NCBI GenBank assembly: GCA_002731825.1
Contig: PCCS01000006.1
Span: forward strand, 185,755 to 249,754
DNA length: 64,000 nt
Direction of reading: 5' to 3'
Source of the DNA: Myxococcales bacterium
Lineage (GTDB): Bacteria > Myxococcota_A > Bradymonadia > UBA7976 > UBA1532
The notes beneath the pieces are model-generated. The model ran no database searches and was not told the DNA's origin. It saw nothing but the letters and a program-made list of their open reading frames with translations. The stretch's first letter is position 1. Each line of letters starts with the position of its first letter. Below are positions 58,555 to 64,000 of this stretch, piece after piece. Position numbers and translations under genes: made by a program.

Positions 58555-59889
58555 ATGACGTCAACTCACACATTCTCTTCTGGTTGTCTTTTGATTAACC
58601 CCAAGTTGCGCTGGTGGGCACGCGCATTTGCCGTTGGCAGTTTGATTCATGTTTGCCTACCGGACTTTCAACAACCGGGTTGGACAGCCCCTCAAATCGT
58701 GGAAACGGTGGGGGCCTTACTGCTCTTATGGAGACCAACGGCTTGGGGCTTTCTCCTGTGTACAGTGGGTACTCTTTATCCACTTGTCTTCTTGAGAGAC
58801 GTGCTGACGCAATCCATGTATTTGACATGGGTTGGTTTTTTTTCATGTTTGGCTGCTGTTGTGCACCGAATCGACCTTCTGGCCATTGTCCGCTGGTTGA
58901 CCGCTGGTACCTATTGGCTCGCCGCCCTACACAAGATTAACAGTGATTTCTTAAACCCCGAAATCAGTTGCGCTCATCATGCACTCCGACAACTCGATGA
59001 ACATTGGCAATGGGCCTCTTTACCGACAGATTTGGGTGTCGAATTATCAATAATGGTCATTGTAATCGAATGCATTATTGGCCTTTTCATCGTCCGCAGA
59101 AGCCTCTTAGTCTGGCCGGTCGGCTGTCTTTTTCACTGGGGGCTAACAGTGACCCTTGCGCCCGCCTTCGGCTTGGTCATGCTTGCCGGATATTGTAGTA
59201 CTTTGTCGGCGCGTCAGATGGTTTTAATACGTCACTTCATCCGCAAGAGACTGGGCCTGACATTCATTGTAATCGTCTTATTAATTGGGCTTGAAAGTCT
59301 ACTTAGTGGCCAGGTTCCAAGTGTGATGACTGTGATCAAGGGGACTTTGTTTTTTGGTTCCGTTGTCTTGTCTATTGGCCTTCTTGGGACGATGAATTTT
59401 AAAGGTTTAATTGAACTCAGGCCCACGTCACTTCATGTAAAAATCATCTTTATTACTTGGATTGGACACGGTTTAACGCCCTATTTTGGTTTGCAATACC
59501 AACATGCCGCAGCCATGCTCAGCAATCTCCGCATAGATCAAGACTGTTTCAATTCACTCGTCCTCCCACCGTTTTATGGTCGTCATGATCCCTACATCAG
59601 ACTGGATATCGCGTCTATCGGACACGGGCAGCGGCCAAAGCGTGAACAGATCTTGAAGGACGGGCTCTGGAACTTGGCTGCTCTATCAACAATGAGACGT
59701 AATTGGTGCATACCGGAATTGCGGCCCATTAGGTTGGGGGGTCATTGGGTTGGTCGGCCATTTAGAGTCGACGACTTATGTTCAGATGACTGGTACACCA
59801 ATTTGGGTCTTTCAACTCCACCTTGGCCAGGTTTTCAACTGTATCAAAAGAATTTAAAGCGTGAATGTTTGACGCCCTGTATCCACTGA
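58555..59889 (+). CDS. Polytopic membrane protein with a Cys-containing C-terminal soluble domain (function unknown)
   Basis: 444 aa with about 8 hydrophobic helices in the first 290 aa, then a roughly 150-aa domain with 5 Cys. A possible HTTM/SdpB-like topology cannot be verified here. Confidence 0.55.
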   Translation: MTSTHTFSSGCLLINPKLRWWARAFAVGSLIHVCLPDFQQPGWTAPQIVETVGALLLLWRPTAWGFLLCTVGTLYPLVFLRDVLTQSMYLTWVGFFSCLAAVVHRIDLLAIVRWLTAGTYWLAALHKINSDFLNPEISCAHHALRQLDEHWQWASLPTDLGVELSIMVIVIECIIGLFIVRRSLLVWPVGCLFHWGLTVTLAPAFGLVMLAGYCSTLSARQMVLIRHFIRKRLGLTFIVIVLLIGLESLLSGQVPSVMTVIKGTLFFGSVVLSIGLLGTMNFKGLIELRPTSLHVKIIFITWIGHGLTPYFGLQYQHAAAMLSNLRIDQDCFNSLVLPPFYGRHDPYIRLDIASIGHGQRPKREQILKDGLWNLAALSTMRRNWCIPELRPIRLGGHWVGRPFRVDDLCSDDWYTNLGLSTPPWPGFQLYQKNLKRECLTPCIH

Positions 59890-59981
59890 ATCGACGTATC
59901 TTCAGATCGCCTGAACCTTGCTTTATTGTTCAAATTATGAATACTCGCACAGCTCACCTACCGCGATAAGACTGGGTAGAA

Positions 59982-60827
59982 ATGAAGAATAAATCCGAAG
60001 ATATTGAGACCTTACGTCGGAAACTTACTCGACGCATGATGAGAACGATAAAGGGTTTTAAACTCATAGAACCAGGTGACAAAATTATGGTTGGCGTGTC
60101 TGGCGGTAAGGACAGTTACACCATGCTTGACCTCCTGTGCTCAGTCCAGAAACGGTCGCCATTTAAGTTTGAATTGGTTGCTGTTCATCTCGACCAAAAC
60201 CAGCCCGGATACGACGGTCGACCCCTCGAGAGCTGGCTCGAAGACTTCAATTGCCCATATGAAATCGTTCGGAAGGACACCTATTCAGTCGTCCTTGAGT
60301 TGACTAAGCCGGGCGGTACCTTTTGCGCCCCATGCTCTCGCTTACGTCGTGGCATCTTATATACGACCGCAGAGCGGCTCGGATGTAACAAAATAGCCCT
60401 TGGGCATCATAGAGATGACACCCTAGAGACCGTGATGATGAACATGTTTTTCTCTGGTAAACTACAGGCAATGCCGCCCGTTTATACAACGGATGATGGT
60501 CGATTCAAGGTCATCAGACCCCTCATTGAATGCGCAGAAGCAGATATACAAGATTATGCGCAAGAAAGAGCTTTTCCGATTTTACCCTGTAATCTGTGTG
60601 GGTCCCAAGCGGGTTTGCAGCGAGTGAAAATGGGTCATCTCTTGGACCAACTTGAAGAGCAAATACCCAATGTTCGCGATGTGATGTTGGCCTCATTAAA
60701 GAACGTACGCCCGACCCATTTACTTGATCCCACACTCAGTTCCAGTCGGGAAAAGACGAATGATCTCGACGTTCAAGCCTGCACGAGTGAAACAGAGACC
60801 GTACCCCTTTTGAGCATTGAAGGTTAA
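59982..60827 (+). CDS. ttcA: tRNA 2-thiocytidine(32) synthetase TtcA
   Basis: PP-loop VGVSGGKDS and Fe-S cysteine motifs CAPCSRLRR and CNLCGSQ. 281 aa. Confidence 0.92.
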   Translation: MKNKSEDIETLRRKLTRRMMRTIKGFKLIEPGDKIMVGVSGGKDSYTMLDLLCSVQKRSPFKFELVAVHLDQNQPGYDGRPLESWLEDFNCPYEIVRKDTYSVVLELTKPGGTFCAPCSRLRRGILYTTAERLGCNKIALGHHRDDTLETVMMNMFFSGKLQAMPPVYTTDDGRFKVIRPLIECAEADIQDYAQERAFPILPCNLCGSQAGLQRVKMGHLLDQLEEQIPNVRDVMLASLKNVRPTHLLDPTLSSSREKTNDLDVQACTSETETVPLLSIEG

Positions 60828-60829
60828 AG

Positions 60830-61165
60830 CTACCCAGGAGGCCAGCTCAGAGTTCGACCAGCGACAACGTGTAAATGTAGATGAAACACCGTTTGGCCAG
60901 CGCCTGCACCGTTATTTATGATGACTCGAAAGTCCTCGTAGCCTTCTTGCCGTGCCACGATGCCTGCAACACGCATCAAATGCCCAACTAGGCCCTCGTG
61001 ATCTTCAGTCATGTGGCCTAACTGGGCAATCTCTTGCCTCGGAATCACCAAAATATGGACTGGGGCGGTTGGATTAATATCTCTAAAAGCGATGCATCGA
61101 TCATCGGAGTAGACCTGATCGGACGGTATTTCACCCGCTATAATTTTACTGAAAATGGTGCTCAT
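60830..61165 (-). CDS. HIT-family (histidine triad) nucleotide-binding protein
   Basis: 111 aa with N-terminus IFSKIIAGEIP, APVHILVIP and the triad HLHLHV. Confidence 0.93.
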   Translation of the reverse strand: MSTIFSKIIAGEIPSDQVYSDDRCIAFRDINPTAPVHILVIPRQEIAQLGHMTEDHEGLVGHLMRVAGIVARQEGYEDFRVIINNGAGAGQTVFHLHLHVVAGRTLSWPPG

Positions 61166-61197
61166 GCCGAATGCTCCGAAGGAGATCGATTTGGGTC

Positions 61198-62037
61198 CTA
61201 CTCTTTGGCCATAATCCGTTTGATGCCGCCATTAAGGAGATTGAGGAACTTGTTTCTGGCCAAATCAGCCGTTGCCTTGACCTCTGAGTGATCAAGCAAA
61301 TCATCTGACAGGCCGGCTGCATAATTGGTGATACAGGAAATCCCAGCCACGGTCATGCCCATGTGTCTCGCGGCGATGACTTCACAAACAGTCGACATTC
61401 CAACAGCATCGGCCCCCATCGCCCTGAGCATTCTTATTTCGGCGGGCGTCTCATATGATGGGCCCCTCAAACCAGCATAAACGCCGACTCCGATATGGAT
61501 ATTCTGCTCTTTTGCGATGGCCTTGAAACAGGCGGTTACATCTCGATCGTATGCGTAACTCATATCCGGGAATCGTGTTCCAAGTCGCTCATCGTTGTGA
61601 CCCGTTAACGGATTTAATCCAGTCAAATTGATGTGATCACTGATCAGCATCAGGTCACCCGGTTTCAGCTGGTCTTGAATTGCGCCTGCCGCATTGGTGA
61701 ACACGATTGTGCCGACACCCCAAAGCGCCAAGGTACGGACGGGATGGACAACCATGTTGGGATCGTGTCCCTCATAGAGATGGACTCGCCCGGATAGAGC
61801 TGCGACTCTCGGACCATCAGGGCCCACTCGACCGACCACCAACTGGCCCGCGTGACCCGCCACGCCCACATTGGGAAAGCCAGGTATATCTGCGTAAGAG
61901 ATGACATTGGGTTCGCTGAGCTGTTTTGCAAATGCACCCAGCCCGCTTCCGAGTACAACAGCGAAATCGGGTGCCGCATCTCGACCATTCAGAAACGACG
62001 CGGCGTTTAGGGCAAAATCATAGGGTTTGGTATCCAC
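61198..62037 (-). CDS. Purine nucleoside phosphorylase (trimeric PNP-I/PunA type)
   Basis: 279 aa with blocks VLGSGLG, GHAGQLVVG, GRVHLYEG, FTNAAGA, GPSYETPAEIRMLRAMGADAVGMS and CITNYAAG. Confidence 0.93.
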   Translation of the reverse strand: MDTKPYDFALNAASFLNGRDAAPDFAVVLGSGLGAFAKQLSEPNVISYADIPGFPNVGVAGHAGQLVVGRVGPDGPRVAALSGRVHLYEGHDPNMVVHPVRTLALWGVGTIVFTNAAGAIQDQLKPGDLMLISDHINLTGLNPLTGHNDERLGTRFPDMSYAYDRDVTACFKAIAKEQNIHIGVGVYAGLRGPSYETPAEIRMLRAMGADAVGMSTVCEVIAARHMGMTVAGISCITNYAAGLSDDLLDHSEVKATADLARNKFLNLLNGGIKRIMAKE

Positions 62038-62195
62038 ACCTACACCTTAACGGCTATTGAAAAACTGTCCAGCTTTTGAAAAAGAAAGGAAACGGGAACA
62101 TACTCTATTGGCTGTACACGGTCTAAAAACTTCGCTATTCGAGACTTCTCAGTTTGATTCTATTCAAAAAACAAGTGCCGAAATGAGGCGGAATC

Positions 62196-63560
62196 TTGAG
62201 GCTTGCTGCATCGTTAATCGTCTTAAAAGACCGACATAACCCCATGGTTTATTGGGCTAGACGGGGGGGCACTGCGCCGTTTTTGGCCGGCTTTAATGTC
62301 TTCCCTGGTGGACTCGTCGACCCGTTTGAAACAGCGAAGTTTAATGACAGAGATCAGCGGCTAAGGGCGTGTTTGATCCGTGAGGTCGGAGAAGAGACGG
62401 GCGCCGATATTTCCTCCTATAAGGACACGCTAGATTATTTGGGTCGCTGGATTACCCCACCCTATTTGGTGTACCCACTCGAGACTCACTTCTATGCTCT
62501 CTGGGTCGATACAGATATTTTCCAGGACTCTGTCATAGGTGACGAGCTGGTTGATGGATGCTGGGTGACACCGGAGCACGCCATGGGTCTTTGGCGTTCC
62601 GGTGATGTTCGGCTCGTTCCTCCGACTCAAGCGATACTTAATGGCTTGTTGAAATCCGGCCAGGCCGGCGTCAGATTGGCTTTGCAACAGGATGAAGCGA
62701 GTGGACAGGAGCCCACATTATCGCCCATTCAACCCGGTATGATGATGATTCCGCTGAGGACGCCCACCTTGCCGCCGGCAACGCACACCAACTGTTATGT
62801 TTTAGGAGAACAAGACCTTTTAGTTGTCGAACCTGCGGCCTACGATGATGATGTCCGTGACCACCTCTACCAGTACTTAGATGAGAAGATTCAGTCAGGG
62901 TGTGAAATAAAGGCGTTTGTGACAACCCACCATCATCGAGACCATATTGGCGGTCTGGTGCAATGTCATGAACGCTATGGTGCGCCCATCTGGACCCATC
63001 GTGAAACTGCGAATCGAGTCGATTTCAACGTTCATGACTTTCTCAATGATGGTGATGTGATTCATCTAAGCAATGGTCAGGCTTGGGAAGTCTTATTCAC
63101 ACCAGGACATGCACCTGGCCATATTTGTCTCTACGAACAGCAGTCTGGCGTGATGATCGTTGGTGATATGGTTGCAGGCATGGGCTCAATCTTGATCGAG
63201 CCAACCGAGGGCTGCATGTTTTCATATCTTGAAAGCTTGCGGTGCATGAGAGATCATGCTCCCACCTGTCTGCTACCCAGCCATGGGCCCTATATCGCTA
63301 ACCCGATGGAAAAATTAGACCAATACATTACCCACAGATTGGCTCGCGAAGACGCGCTTTTGGCAGCTTTACAGCAGAGCAGCGATTTCTTAAAGCTGGT
63401 TGAGCTTGTTTACCAAGACACTCCGGTCGCACTTCGCTCGGGTCCAGCGGGCGGCTTAGCTGGCTTATCCTTGCTTGCGCATTTGAAAAAGCTTGTCAGG
63501 GATGGCCGGGTCTTATCAGGGGCCCATCAAACCTGGAGCCTCGTCGATAGAGTGGACTAG
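62196..63560 (+). CDS. Nudix-like / MBL-fold metallo-hydrolase fusion protein
   Basis: 454 aa. The N-terminal ~150 aa carry a Nudix-box-like segment (FPGGLVDP...LIREVGEETG). The C-terminal MBL domain has THHHRDHIGG, TPGHAPGH and GDMV. Confidence 0.75.
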   Translation: MRLAASLIVLKDRHNPMVYWARRGGTAPFLAGFNVFPGGLVDPFETAKFNDRDQRLRACLIREVGEETGADISSYKDTLDYLGRWITPPYLVYPLETHFYALWVDTDIFQDSVIGDELVDGCWVTPEHAMGLWRSGDVRLVPPTQAILNGLLKSGQAGVRLALQQDEASGQEPTLSPIQPGMMMIPLRTPTLPPATHTNCYVLGEQDLLVVEPAAYDDDVRDHLYQYLDEKIQSGCEIKAFVTTHHHRDHIGGLVQCHERYGAPIWTHRETANRVDFNVHDFLNDGDVIHLSNGQAWEVLFTPGHAPGHICLYEQQSGVMIVGDMVAGMGSILIEPTEGCMFSYLESLRCMRDHAPTCLLPSHGPYIANPMEKLDQYITHRLAREDALLAALQQSSDFLKLVELVYQDTPVALRSGPAGGLAGLSLLAHLKKLVRDGRVLSGAHQTWSLVDRVD

Positions 63561-63611
63561 TTTGCCTCCCGTTACAGGAAGCAAATTAGTCCGTCACTGG
63601 TTTTAGACCGA

Positions 63612-64000
63612 CTATTTTCCCAGCGTCGCCATAACGGATGCGGCTTTTTCGCGCGCCAGGTCATCACCGGAAGGAACATCCTTAGCCACGGCTTTTTTTG
63701 TCGTTGCCGTCTTCTTAGCTGTTGCCCTGGTCGTTTTCGTAGCTGTTGCTTTAGTCGCCTTAGTTGTCTTTGTAGCCGCCGACCCGGTGGTTTTCTTGGT
63801 CGCAGCCGTTTTCTTGGTTGTAGACGCCGTTTTCGTTGCGGCCGCTTTTTTAGGTGCAGCCTTCCGAGTGCGACGGGCCGCAGTCGGCTTAGGCTCGTCG
63901 GCCGTCACTGTCCCTGCGGTCGTTGTTTTAGCGGGGCTTTTACTGGCCGCTGATGTTTTTGCGGTTGCGGACTTTGTCGACGCTGAAGCAGCTTTAGCTG
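63612..64000 (-). CDS. K/A/T-rich histone H1-like (AlgP/Hc1-like) basic protein, 5' end outside the window
   Basis: The track ORF starts at GTG 63908, but the same frame stays open to position 64000 (...AKAASASTKSATAKTSAASKSPAKTTTAGT-VTADEPKP...). The body is repetitive: KKAAATKTASTTKKTAATKKTT...TKATKATATKTTRATAKKTATTKK. Confidence 0.7.
   Translation of the reverse strand, partial: AKAASASTKSATAKTSAASKSPAKTTTAGTVTADEPKPTAARRTRKAAPKKAAATKTASTTKKTAATKKTTGSAATKTTKATKATATKTTRATAKKTATTKKAVAKDVPSGDDLAREKAASVMATLGK

Noticed and set aside
63561-63585. Imperfect hairpin tttgcctcc-N7-ggaagcaaa between the convergent MBL-fusion and H1-like genes, considered as a possible bidirectional terminator.
   Set aside because: The stem has an internal C-A mismatch and no U-run follows on either strand. 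Too weak to call.

Overview
The window is about 96% coding and almost all of it is chromosomal core. I found no rRNA or tRNA genes, CRISPR arrays, transposases, integrases or recognisable phage or defense genes.

Gene content, left to right:
- An ABC ATPase.
- A split F1Fo ATP synthase operon (b', b, delta, alpha, gamma, beta, epsilon; no a, c or I subunits).
- parB-parA with a near-consensus parS site.
- A bactofilin gene divergent from parAB, then rsmG.
- A cell-wall recycling/hydrolase operon, and cysS-uvrB-uvrC.
- A triheme cytochrome c and gshB.
- An operon joining two ArsA/Get3-like ATPases, a TPR lipoprotein, ruvX and mltG.
- hbd/crotonase and thyA-folA.
- A five-gene MoxR-DUF58-BatA-like operon, with an ECF sigma module transcribed divergently from it.
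- xseAB-ispA-tlyA.
- A lipoprotein-GT2-GT-C glycan cluster with a divergent sugar nucleotidyltransferase.
- PP2C, a LarA-like protein, and TPR and LolB-like lipoproteins.
- A standalone T2SSE_N-domain protein, then a second ECF sigma/anti-sigma pair.
- moaB, ttcA, HIT, PNP, a Nudix-MBL fusion, and a K/A/T-rich H1-like protein that runs off the right edge.

The repertoire (bactofilin beside parAB, several ECF pairs, PP2C, many TPR lipoproteins, b/b' ATP synthase) suggests a Myxococcota/Bdellovibrionota-type ('delta-proteobacterial' in the broad sense) genome. The parAB/rsmG/parS neighbourhood suggests an origin-proximal position. Both are inference only.

Nothing here is an obvious new system. 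The best candidates for poorly or never characterised systems are:
1. The translationally coupled operon at 30839-39411: a DUF4175-like coiled-coil membrane protein, a TPR-HExxH peptidase, MoxR, DUF58 and a BatA-like protein, plus its divergent ECF module.
2. The asymmetric ArsA/Get3-like ATPase pair coupled to a lipoprotein and envelope genes (22953-27684).
3. The lipoprotein-GT2-GT-C cluster, whose lipoprotein is built from five Cys-pair/Asp-rich repeat modules (44529-50607).

All functional calls come from motif reading and memory of protein families. No database search was possible.
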